In this document: one piece after another, positions 11,592 to 22,500 of the stretch
Layout: every line of letters starts with the position of its first letter
Position numbering within the stretch: the first letter of the stretch is position 1
Assembly (NCBI GenBank): GCA_905178155.1
Contig: CAJINV010000001.1
Span: 9,941,865-10,005,864 of the forward strand
DNA length: 64,000 nucleotides
Direction: 5' to 3'
Origin: Amoebophrya sp. A120
Lineage: Eukaryota; Protista; Dinoflagellata
Notes under the pieces: generated by a model
What the model saw: the letters and a program-made list of their open reading frames with translations, nothing else
Database searches by the model: none
Told to the model about the DNA's origin: nothing
Translations under genes and position numbers: made by a program

Positions 11592-13168
11592 ATGAAAATT
11601 CTTTTAGCAACCGCATTAGCGCACTTCACTTACGAAGTGACAGGTAAAACGGCCGGCTCCTCCTCCGCCGCGATCCTTGCAGGCGCCGCGAGTAGTACCG
11701 ACGACGCTGCAACAGCGGCGCCGGGCCTTGCCGCGCCCGACGGACATGACGTGGTGCGGGAACAACAAGAGGACTTCCTGCCGTTGATTGACCTTAGCGC
11801 CGTGCTCGCGACTGCGGCGCAGAAGGAAGACGCGACCGACGACGCCCTCGCCAAGCACAACGAGGCCGTGCGGCAGATGAAGCGCGCGATGGAGACGGTC
11901 GGCTTTTGCCGCGTTACCGGCTACCAGTACACCCCCGCCCTCTGGGACCGCATGTGGGCCTTGGGCAAGCAGATGTTCCGATGGGAAGACAAAAACGAGT
12001 TCCTGACGGCGAAGGATTCTAACGCGGGCTTCCCCTACGGACTCGGGACGATGAAAAAGGACGAATCGAACCAGACCTTTGACTACTTCTCGGACGGGCA
12101 GATCGACAAACCGCGTTTGCTCCCGACGGGACAGGATTTAAACGTCGACGAGGGAGAGAGTCGGCGGATGTGGAAGGACGCCAAGGAAACGGATTTCCCC
12201 CACCGACACGTGGACGGGGAAAGATACGACGCGAAGCGGTCGGGGCGAGCGCTGTTGAGCTGCTGCGGGAGGCGGAAGACGCGAGAAAGCGTAGATCGTT
12301 GTGGCAGTCTTGTAGGAATTCAATTTTTCGATTACGTTGCGCTCGCAGGCCTTGTTTGGCTGCGCATAGAAGTTCGTTGGCCGTGCAGCAATGTTCTCGT
12401 CTCTCATTTCCACAAGCCACAAAACCACATCAACAGGCCGGCGCAGACGAGGACGACCATAGCTTGTACAAGACTGTCGACCTGAACCAGTACTACAACG
12501 AGTTTGCGAAGATCGCTTTCACCGTCGTCGCGCTGCTCCGGGACAGCCTAGAGGTCCCGTCCGAGTTAGACTTGGAAGAAATGGAAAGGACCCACTGGTC
12601 CGTGATGCGGTTTCTCGACTACCCCTCGCTGCCCGTGGAAAAACTGCCGACCAGCCCGGAGCTGGACCACAAACTGCGGCCGCGGATTCCGCCGCACGAA
12701 GACTTCGGGCTGATCACCATCCTACGGCAGGACGAGAACGGTGGCCTGCAAGTTTTGAACAAGGACGAGACCGTGAAAAAGAACCTCCCGGAGAAGGACT
12801 GGAAACGACACGGCGTGTACGAAACGATCGCCGGGAAGGCGAAGGCAAAATTGCCGGACCGCAGTGGAACAGCAGGTGCGAGCAATGTACAAGGTGCTAC
12901 GGCTGAAGAGCCCCTGCAGGAGCCGTTGATTGTGAACATCGGCCGCGTCTGGGATTCCTACACCAACGACAAAGTGCGAGCGACTACGCACAAAGTCGAG
13001 CCGGTGATTGTGGACGGGCGGACGACGGCACGCAATTCGCACGCGTTCTTTTTGAACCCGAACTGGGTCTCGTGCTTCTTCGGGCCTTTGCCGCAGTACG
13101 GAGGAGACAAGAAAGATTGGATCAATTTCGGCATGCACATAAACAACTGCATCAAGCCTCGGTATTAA
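11592..13168 (+). CDS. 2-oxoglutarate/Fe(II)-dependent oxygenase (IPNS/DIOX-like), copy 1
   Basis: LPLIDLS and GFCRVTG (DIOX_N-like), PPHEDFGLITIL (HxD), GGLQV, LIVNIG, TTHKV (His), ARNS (RxS), FFLNP. One intron with acceptor ~12436, donor uncertain. Confidence 0.88.
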
Positions 13169-13377
13169 AGAGGGAGATAGAAAGATGATAGAAAATAGAA
13201 AAGTAGAAAGGATCGCGCCGCCTTTTGTCGTTTTGGAAATTTAGTACCTGCTCAGTTATACCAAAGTAATTTGTCGCCTTTCTTTATACAGCACTTTGAC
13301 GCTTATTTTTCCGACAAATTCAAGCGCGCAGGGGCGTTACGTTTTACCACGAATATAAAGAATCCTGTTGATTTGAC

Positions 13378-13449
13378 ACCTAACGAAATAGAGTTGGAAC
13401 CTAACGAAGAGAGATGAAACCTAACGAACAGTAGAGATGGAACCAAACC
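13378..13449. repeat. Degenerate ~20-bp tandem repeat (acctaacgaa...gagatgga), 3-4 units; duplicated at ~17422-17493
   Basis: acctaacgaa recurs three times at ~20-bp spacing. Confidence 0.75.
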
Positions 13450-13829
13450 TTCCTAACCAACTCCGCGCTAGAACCGAATCTTGAGTTTGTGGTGCAAGAG
13501 CGCTGACACTGAAGGGAGATCTTCTATTGCAAGACTCTATCGCAAACGATAACGATTCTTGAGAAATAACAACCATGGGAAAAGTTTTTTCGCGCTTGTT
13601 GTAGCCCCTTTTACTGCCGACTCACATCGCGATCCTCGCCGTCAGCCAGTTGAAAACGATCATCGCTAAAAGGCAACCCAGTTCAGAGGATCACGAGCTC
13701 CCTCGGTCTTCATCCGCTGGGCATTGCATTTTTTTGACGGCAAGATTAATCGCAGGGCGTGTTACAGCATCTGGGTACGCTAGGATCATTTTGACATTTG
13801 CTAGATCGATTCACACCGTTCCTCGGAAA

Positions 13830-14726
13830 ATGCCCTCCACAAGTCTGCTCCTCCTCAGCGCAGCTGCACTACTGCACAGGGCAGCAGCAATAAGAGTTCG
13901 TGCGCCCTCGGGAATAGCCGTGCCTGCAAGCGGCACTTGCGCCAATACATTCGGTCCGATCTCTGTTGCGGAAGAAGACATTGACTACCCCTACTACAAA
14001 GAGAGCACCACCTACACCTGGAGCGCTTTACCTCCGCCTGACGCAATACAGCTGGATGGAAATGGCAACCCGCTGCCGGTCAAGCTGCACCTTTTCACAC
14101 AGTTCGAAAACACGAGGCGACTGTGGCCTGATCTCTACTTCACGCCCGCCGGTACGGAGTCGCCGGTAGCCACGGTTCCGGCACGGTTGAGCATCGGTTC
14201 CGCGGAGCTCCTCGAAGCTGACAGCTCGACTGGCACGAGCGGGATTTTCGGTGACACGGACCACGCCGATTCCGAATGGGCCGAGCAAGGATGGCAACAA
14301 AGAGAAACGTGGCCGAAGGAAAAAGTAGACTTCAAGCTCCAGTACAAACCGCGGAAGTCGCTAAGTTTCGTACCGAAATCGGCGATAATAGAGGGTAGGC
14401 TCGAAACGGAGAACCTGAAACCTACCTTCACCTTTGAATTCGTCGAGCGAGAGTCGTCGCCCGTAACTGGCGATGGGTGGCTCGTCTACAAGCAAGTGAT
14501 TCGCTATTTTAGGAGTCGCTTTTTGTTTCAACACGACCAGAACTACCCAATGTGGTTAGTGTCTGCCAAGCCGAACTATCTGGGCGAGTTGACCTTTGTG
14601 TACGTCGAGAAACCTCCAAAATGCAGCGTCACACACATGATCAAGATGACCCTGGGCAAAGCAGAGATGGAACCGACACCGCTCCCGGCCCTGCTTTTAT
14701 CCGCGCGGAATAGGAGCGCGATTTGA
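13830..14726 (+). CDS. Hypothetical secreted protein, copy 1
   Basis: 299-codon ORF starting MPSTSLLLLSAAALLHRAAA (signal-peptide-like). No recognised domain. Confidence 0.7.
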   Translation: MPSTSLLLLSAAALLHRAAAIRVRAPSGIAVPASGTCANTFGPISVAEEDIDYPYYKESTTYTWSALPPPDAIQLDGNGNPLPVKLHLFTQFENTRRLWPDLYFTPAGTESPVATVPARLSIGSAELLEADSSTGTSGIFGDTDHADSEWAEQGWQQRETWPKEKVDFKLQYKPRKSLSFVPKSAIIEGRLETENLKPTFTFEFVERESSPVTGDGWLVYKQVIRYFRSRFLFQHDQNYPMWLVSAKPNYLGELTFVYVEKPPKCSVTHMIKMTLGKAEMEPTPLPALLLSARNRSAI

Positions 14727-15693
14727 TTACGTTGCCTCATCACGTGTTGTTTTCACGCCGGAGCAGGACCGAAAAGTTTCATTTTATTCGAATGAATCAA
14801 TATTTTTCATCCGCAACTTCGGTTGTATGATAATGCACAGTCACCGATGGATTTTTCGGTGCATCTGGTTTTAATATTACCTCTGCGAAAGTGAAACCCC
14901 AGATCTGCTTCGGGCAGATGTCTGCCAAGCAAAAAGTGTTTTACATAGGTATGAGATTGTGTGATAGTACACTTGTCAGGAACTCTAGAGGCGCTTCCAA
15001 AAAATTTCCGTAGCGGTCTCAGCAGGGTTTTGCGATTTAATACGAAGACGGAAATTATCCATGAGTACGACTACTATAACGGCATGAGGCCATGCGCGGC
15101 TCTTACGCAAGATATACGTTGTTCGGTCGATCGCACTTGTTGAAGCTCGTATCGCTCGTTCGAAGTTCTCGCTTTCGAACCGACATAAAAATGCGTTGAA
15201 ACGAACACGACGAATCGGAGAGAAAATATCAAAAGTTTGCTTTGCTTCGTCGTGGACACGAGCGGTTTACTGTCGGTTGTTGTATGTAGTTGCACGATAG
15301 TACCGCTCTCCGATCTACTTCTCTTCACTGTTTCCTGCTGGATCCAAGAAGATTCATCTCGACGTGAGCAGGTTTTTGTTCACAGCATTGATTTTTTTGG
15401 GATCCTTGATGTCATCTCTTAGCAAGTCGATAGAACAAGGTGGTACTCGGGTTTGATGCAAAAATGATACCAGCAGAAGTGCCTTCCCGCAACACACGAC
15501 GACTAATCCTCGAGCGCTGCTAACCATGCCCGTAGGCCTCGGGAACGGTCCGCCGCATCGGTTGATTCTGGCCACCGCGAATGGCCGGGCGGAGGACCAG
15601 AATTACGGAAGACGGAACTCAGGACCGACTACCACATCGGCGCAAAGCAACAACTACGTACCCGCGTGTGGAACTTCGACGATGGGCGGATCC

Positions 15694-17212
15694 CGGCCGG
15701 CTCCTCCTCCGCCGCGATCCTTGCAGGCGCCGCGAGTAGTACCGACGACGCTGCAACAGCGGCGCCGGGCCTTGCCGCGCCCGACGGACATGACGTGGTG
15801 CGGGAACAACAAGAGGACTTCCTGCCGTTGATTGACCTTAGCGCCGTGCTCGCGACTGCGGCGCAGAAGGAAGACGCGACCGACGACGCCCTCGCCAAGC
15901 ACAACGAGGCCGTGCGGCAGATGAAGCGCGCGATGGAGACGGTCGGCTTTTGCCGCGTTACCGGCTACCAGTACACCCCCGCCCTCTGGGACCGCATGTG
16001 GGCCTTGGGCAAGCAGATGTTCCGATGGGAAGACAAAAACGAGTTCCTGACGGCGAAGGATTCTAACGCGGGCTTCCCCTACGGACTCGGGACGATGAAA
16101 AAGGACGAATCGAACCAGACCTTTGACTACTTCTCGGACGGGCAGATCGACAAACCGCGTTTGCTCCCGACGGGACAGGATTTAAACGTCGACGAGGGAG
16201 AGAGTCGGCGGATGTGGAAGGACGCCAAGGAAACGGATTTCCCCCACCGACACGTGGACGGGGAAAGATACGACGCGAAGCGGTCGGGGCGAGCGCTGTT
16301 GAGCTGCTGCGGGAGGCGGAAGACGCGAGAAAGCGTAGATCGTTGTGGCAGTCTTGTAGGAATTCAATTTTTCGATTACGTTGCGCTCGCAGGCCTTGTT
16401 TGGCTGCGCATAGAAGTTCGTTGGCCGTGCAGCAATGTTCTCGTCTCTCATTTCCACAAGCCACAAAACCACATCAACAGGCCGGCGCAGACGAGGACGA
16501 CCATAGCTTGTACAAGACTGTCGACCTGAACCAGTACTACAACGAGTTTGCGAAGATCGCTTTCACCGTCGTCGCGCTGCTCCGGGACAGCCTAGAGGTC
16601 CCGTCCGAGTTAGACTTGGAAGAAATGGAAAGGACCCACTGGTCCGTGATGCGGTTTCTCGACTACCCCTCGCTGCCCGTGGAAAAACTGCCGACCAGCC
16701 CGGAGCTGGACCACAAACTGCGGCCGCGGATTCCGCCGCACGAAGACTTCGGGCTGATCACCATCCTACGGCAGGACGAGAACGGTGGCCTGCAAGTTTT
16801 GAACAAGGACGAGACCGTGAAAAAGAACCTCCCGGAGAAGGACTGGAAACGACACGGCGTGTACGAAACGATCGCCGGGAAGGCGAAGGCAAAATTGCCG
16901 GACCGCAGTGGAACAGCAGGTGCGAGCAATGTACAAGGTGCTACGGCTGAAGAGCCCCTGCAGGAGCCGTTGATTGTGAACATCGGCCGCGTCTGGGATT
17001 CCTACACCAACGACAAAGTGCGAGCGACTACGCACAAAGTCGAGCCGGTGATTGTGGACGGGCGGACGACGGCACGCAATTCGCACGCGTTCTTTTTGAA
17101 CCCGAACTGGGTCTCGTGCTTCTTCGGGCCTTTGCCGCAGTACGGAGGAGACAAGAAAGATTGGATCAATTTCGGCATGCACATAAACAACTGCATCAAG
17201 CCTCGGTATTAA
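15694..17212 (+). pseudogene. 5'-truncated copy 2 of the 2OG-Fe(II) oxygenase
   Basis: Identical to 11650-13168 but lacks the start codon and signal peptide. It is fused out of frame to the first 56 codons of the MICAL-like gene. Confidence 0.7.
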
Positions 17213-17873
17213 AGAGGGAGATAGAAAGATGATAGAAAATAGAAAAGTAGAAAGGATCGCGCCGCCTTTTGTCGTTTTGGAAATTTAGTACCTGCTCAGT
17301 TATACCAAAGTAATTTGTCGCCTTTCTTTATACAGCACTTTGACGCTTATTTTTCCGACAAATTCAAGCGCGCAGGGGCGTTACGTTTTACCACGAATAT
17401 AAAGAATCCTGTTGATTTGACACCTAACGAAATAGAGTTGGAACCTAACGAAGAGAGATGAAACCTAACGAACAGTAGAGATGGAACCAAACCTTCCTAA
17501 CCAACTCCGCGCTAGAACCGAATCTTGAGTTTGTGGTGCAAGAGCGCTGACACTGAAGGGAGATCTTCTATTGCAAGACTCTATCGCAAACGATAACGAT
17601 TCTTGAGAAATAACAACCATGGGAAAAGTTTTTTCGCGCTTGTTGTAGCCCCTTTTACTGCCGACTCACATCGCGATCCTCGCCGTCAGCCAGTTGAAAA
17701 CGATCATCGCTAAAAGGCAACCCAGTTCAGAGGATCACGAGCTCCCTCGGTCTTCATCCGCTGGGCATTGCATTTTTTTGACGGCAAGATTAATCGCAGG
17801 GCGTGTTACAGCATCTGGGTACGCTAGGATCATTTTGACATTTGCTAGATCGATTCACACCGTTCCTCGGAAA

Positions 17874-18770
17874 ATGCCCTCCACAAGTCTGCTCCTCCTC
17901 AGCGCAGCTGCACTACTGCACAGGGCAGCAGCAATAAGAGTTCGTGCGCCCTCGGGAATAGCCGTGCCTGCAAGCGGCACTTGCGCCAATACATTCGGTC
18001 CGATCTCTGTTGCGGAAGAAGACATTGACTACCCCTACTACAAAGAGAGCACCACCTACACCTGGAGCGCTTTACCTCCGCCTGACGCAATACAGCTGGA
18101 TGGAAATGGCAACCCGCTGCCGGTCAAGCTGCACCTTTTCACACAGTTCGAAAACACGAGGCGACTGTGGCCTGATCTCTACTTCACGCCCGCCGGTACG
18201 GAGTCGCCGGTAGCCACGGTTCCGGCACGGTTGAGCATCGGTTCCGCGGAGCTCCTCGAAGCTGACAGCTCGACTGGCACGAGCGGGATTTTCGGTGACA
18301 CGGACCACGCCGATTCCGAATGGGCCGAGCAAGGATGGCAACAAAGAGAAACGTGGCCGAAGGAAAAAGTAGACTTCAAGCTCCAGTACAAACCGCGGAA
18401 GTCGCTAAGTTTCGTACCGAAATCGGCGATAATAGAGGGTAGGCTCGAAACGGAGAACCTGAAACCTACCTTCACCTTTGAATTCGTCGAGCGAGAGTCG
18501 TCGCCCGTAACTGGCGATGGGTGGCTCGTCTACAAGCAAGTGATTCGCTATTTTAGGAGTCGCTTTTTGTTTCAACACGACCAGAACTACCCAATGTGGT
18601 TAGTGTCTGCCAAGCCGAACTATCTGGGCGAGTTGACCTTTGTGTACGTCGAGAAACCTCCAAAATGCAGCGTCACACACATGATCAAGATGACCCTGGG
18701 CAAAGCAGAGATGGAACCGACACCGCTCCCGGCCCTGCTTTTATCCGCGCGGAATAGGAGCGCGATTTGA
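17874..18770 (+). CDS. Hypothetical secreted protein, copy 2
   Basis: Identical to 13830-14726. Confidence 0.68.
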   Translation: MPSTSLLLLSAAALLHRAAAIRVRAPSGIAVPASGTCANTFGPISVAEEDIDYPYYKESTTYTWSALPPPDAIQLDGNGNPLPVKLHLFTQFENTRRLWPDLYFTPAGTESPVATVPARLSIGSAELLEADSSTGTSGIFGDTDHADSEWAEQGWQQRETWPKEKVDFKLQYKPRKSLSFVPKSAIIEGRLETENLKPTFTFEFVERESSPVTGDGWLVYKQVIRYFRSRFLFQHDQNYPMWLVSAKPNYLGELTFVYVEKPPKCSVTHMIKMTLGKAEMEPTPLPALLLSARNRSAI

Positions 18771-19569
18771 TTACGTTGCCTCATCACGTGTTGTTTTCAC
18801 GCCGGAGCAGGACCGAAAAGTTTCATTTTATTCGAATGAATCAATATTTTTCATCCGCAACTTCGGTTGTATGATAATGCACAGTCACCGATGGATTTTT
18901 CGGTGCATCTGGTTTTAATATTACCTCTGCGAAAGTGAAACCCCAGATCTGCTTCGGGCAGATGTCTGCCAAGCAAAAAGTGTTTTACATAGGTATGAGA
19001 TTGTGTGATAGTACACTTGTCAGGAACTCTAGAGGCGCTTCCAAAAAATTTCCGTAGCGGTCTCAGCAGGGTTTTGCGATTTAATACGAAGACGGAAATT
19101 ATCCATGAGTACGACTACTATAACGGCATGAGGCCATGCGCGGCTCTTACGCAAGATATACGTTGTTCGGTCGATCGCACTTGTTGAAGCTCGTATCGCT
19201 CGTTCGAAGTTCTCGCTTTCGAACCGACATAAAAATGCGTTGAAACGAACACGACGAATCGGAGAGAAAATATCAAAAGTTTGCTTTGCTTCGTCGTGGA
19301 CACGAGCGGTTTACTGTCGGTTGTTGTATGTAGTTGCACGATAGTACCGCTCTCCGATCTACTTCTCTTCACTGTTTCCTGCTGGATCCAAGAAGATTCA
19401 TCTCGACGTGAGCAGGTTTTTGTTCACAGCATTGATTTTTTTGGGATCCTTGATGTCATCTCTTAGCAAGTCGATAGAACAAGGTGGTACTCGGGTTTGA
19501 TGCAAAAATGATACCAGCAGAAGTGCCTTCCCGCAACACACGACGACTAATCCTCGAGCGCTGCTAACC

Positions 19570-22500
19570 ATGCCCGTAGGCCTCGGGAACGGTCCGCCGC
19601 ATCGGTTGATTCTGGCCACCGCGAATGGCCGGGCGGAGGACCAGAATTACGGAAGACGGAACTCAGGACCGACTACCACATCGGCGCAAAGCAACAACTA
19701 CGTACCCGCGTGTGGAACTTCGACGATGGGCGGATCCTCCAGTAGCACCGCCTTCGCCCCACCGGAGCGTGCGGTTGGCGCCGCCGCAGCTCAGGATCGG
19801 CCGTACAACAACCAACATGCGCGTAACGTTCCGAGTCCGATGGAGGGCGCGCTATTTTCCAAAATCAATTCCTCGTCCCGGGTTCAGTTGCAGAAAACGG
19901 CTTCAACATCAGGCTACGTGAAGCAGGCTGCACACAAACTTCAGGGAGCCCGACCACCCGAACCGCAATTGCAGCATCTTGTGCACCAGCGCGGCAGCCC
20001 CACGGGAGGAGAACAGCAGAACAATTGGAGCACGAGCGCGCGCGCGTTCGTCGGCTTGCGGTCACCGATAGGGAGTCCCTTGAGTGACAACGGGGCAGCA
20101 GCAGGCGGACCCTCTTTACAGGAGCTCGATGTGACGCAACTTCATGTGGGGGACTACAACGGCGGGCCAGTAGTAGACACCACCGGACCACCAATGCGCG
20201 CCGGCAACTTCGCGGCGCCGGCAAGAAGAAATCGACAGGACGAGGTTCACAAACAGCACGAACCTGCGCCCCAACCCAGCCCGCGCACGGAGCTGCGCAT
20301 GCTGCACGTCAGCGAGCCGAAGAGGGAAGTAGAGCAGCAAAATTTTTATGAAATCGCGAAGACGCCGGAGATGACCTCCCAGGCTACATCGGCGAAGATC
20401 CACGAGCAAACCCGAGTGCAGGTGTCCCCCACGTCGGGCGGCTCGCTGTTCGAGCTGCGCGGATCGGCGCCCGAGGTCCCTCCGCGATCGTATCGACACC
20501 GAAGTTCGCTGCAGGCGCTGGCCGAGGGAAAGTTGGTGTCGCAGTCGAAGAGCCGTTGGGCGACGCGGGCGACGACGCCGCGGCAGACCTCCACCGTTGC
20601 GAGCTCGACCGAGTTTGACGAGCAGGAGCCGATCGTGCCAACGGCGGAGGACCCAATAGTGTCCGGCGGTACTCCGGCCGCCCACGGCCGCGGGGAGGAC
20701 CGAATCCGGGCGGGGAAAAAGGGCACAGCTAGTTCATCTTCGTCAACCACCTTCAGGCGCCTACCGGTAGACCACGGCGCTCCAGCCTCGCAGCTGCGAG
20801 CGGAGAAGAATGTTGCTGAAAGGGGCGAGCAGGTTAAACCGGTGCGGCGCCGCGGAGACGACGCGCGGGAGCGCGAAAGTAGTACCCGGGCTGCTAGAGG
20901 TGATCTCTTTCCACCGCGCGCGGAGTTTGGCAGCGCTCAACATGTTTCTCGCCGCGCAGAGCACGACGGAGGGAGTTGCGGTTCCGGGAAGAAGGACCAT
21001 CATCAAAGCCGCATGGCATCACGTGAAGCTAGCGCGTCATCGAGGCCCGTGTCGAAGCAAAGCGCCCCCTCTCGCGCAGTGCAGCAGGAGACTGAGAGTC
21101 ACAAACTCAAGCAGGCGCAACTGGAGCGGCGTTCGCGAAACTTATCGACGAAAAACTTACTCAACAATCACCGTGAGGACAGTCGAAGCAAATTCGATGG
21201 AGCACACCGCACCGCGGTGGAAATAGGACCTACGGCGAGTGGCAAGTATCAGGCACAGCAGCAGGCCACGCCGTTGACGCCGGGGCCTGCTAGTCGCGAT
21301 GTGAACGCTTCTGGACTGAAGGATCCCCACAGCAGTCGGAAAAAGCTGGATCCGGAGTCGGTGCGGAAACTCCTTCTGCGCGGTGAGGATACATGGCGGG
21401 GCAAGCCACCCAGCGGGGGAAAACTGCCACTAGCAGCAGACCAGATGAATACTTCGACGGGCGGCAAAATGAACAGGAGCGCAAGAGACATTACACCGGC
21501 GCGGATTGTACACCAGACTCCATTGTCCTCCTCGCGCTTTCTCGACCATCACAAGCTTAAATTCGACCACGCCACGCCCGTAGTGACTGCGCGGGCAGTA
21601 GAAGCAGTTGCGCACAACACGGATAAAAATTGTGCAAAAGTAGACCACAATTCAACATCTTCCCGTTCGCGTGCGCAGACTGAAGCCAGCAGTGTGCGCC
21701 TGCACCAAAGCCGCGTTTCCCTAGAGAAAGAGTCCGGGCCAGCGTCGCAGAGCATCTCCCGGAAAAACGCGTTGGCAGCGGAGGAGAGGCGCAAAGAGCG
21801 GCGCAAGCCAAACTGGTGGCTCAACCGCCGACACCAATCTTCTTCTTCGCCGGAAAAAAAAGAAGGCGGGGGGCGTGCGGCGAAAAAATCCAATCTGCAA
21901 GATTCTCCACCGTTGCTTACTGACAAAGAGAAGGAAAAGCTAAAACGGCTCGCGGTAGCGCCGCCGAGCAAAAGCGAAATGCCGCCGAAGTCGCATAATT
22001 CTGCAGAAGCAACTCTAAATGTGGCGGGGCGCGACGTTACGACAAGAGCAGATCGTGGCGCTGGAAGTAGTTGTAGCAGGCAGCACTACAACTCGAGCAA
22101 AGTAGAGCCTCCTGGTCGGGGTCAGCCTCAGCCCGACCCGAGCGCGACGCGAAGTACGAAACATCCACCCCCTGCTCGCGCTCCTGAGGAAAAGAAGTCA
22201 GCTTCAGCTACTGTGCATCACGACCATGCGACGTCGAGCACAGACACTGTGTCTCGCAAACCCACCGGACTAACAGGACATCAGCGAAAATTTTCCTCGC
22301 CACACGGAACCAAACGCGAAGGATCAGCCACACGCCCAGCGAGTTCGATTCAGCATCAATCCACCGCATCTTCGACCGCGTCTGCTACGACCAACGCTGT
22401 ACCGCGCACGTCGCCCGGGCCAAGCACGGCCGTCATGCAACAAAAATCCAGCAAATTTGCCGTGGACTCGAAGAAGCGGCGGTCAATGCGGCGCAGTATG

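Larger units (their letters stand above)
11650..19737. repeat. 4044-bp tandem segmental duplication (11650-15693 / 15694-19737)
   Basis: All ORFs recur with identical translation at a +4044 offset. Junction ggatcc|cggccggctcc at 15693/15694. Confidence 0.97.

Noticed and set aside
13378-13449. Spaced acctaacgaa repeats as a possible CRISPR array
   Set aside because: Units are ~20 bp with similar rather than unique spacers, there are no cas genes, and the context is eukaryotic.
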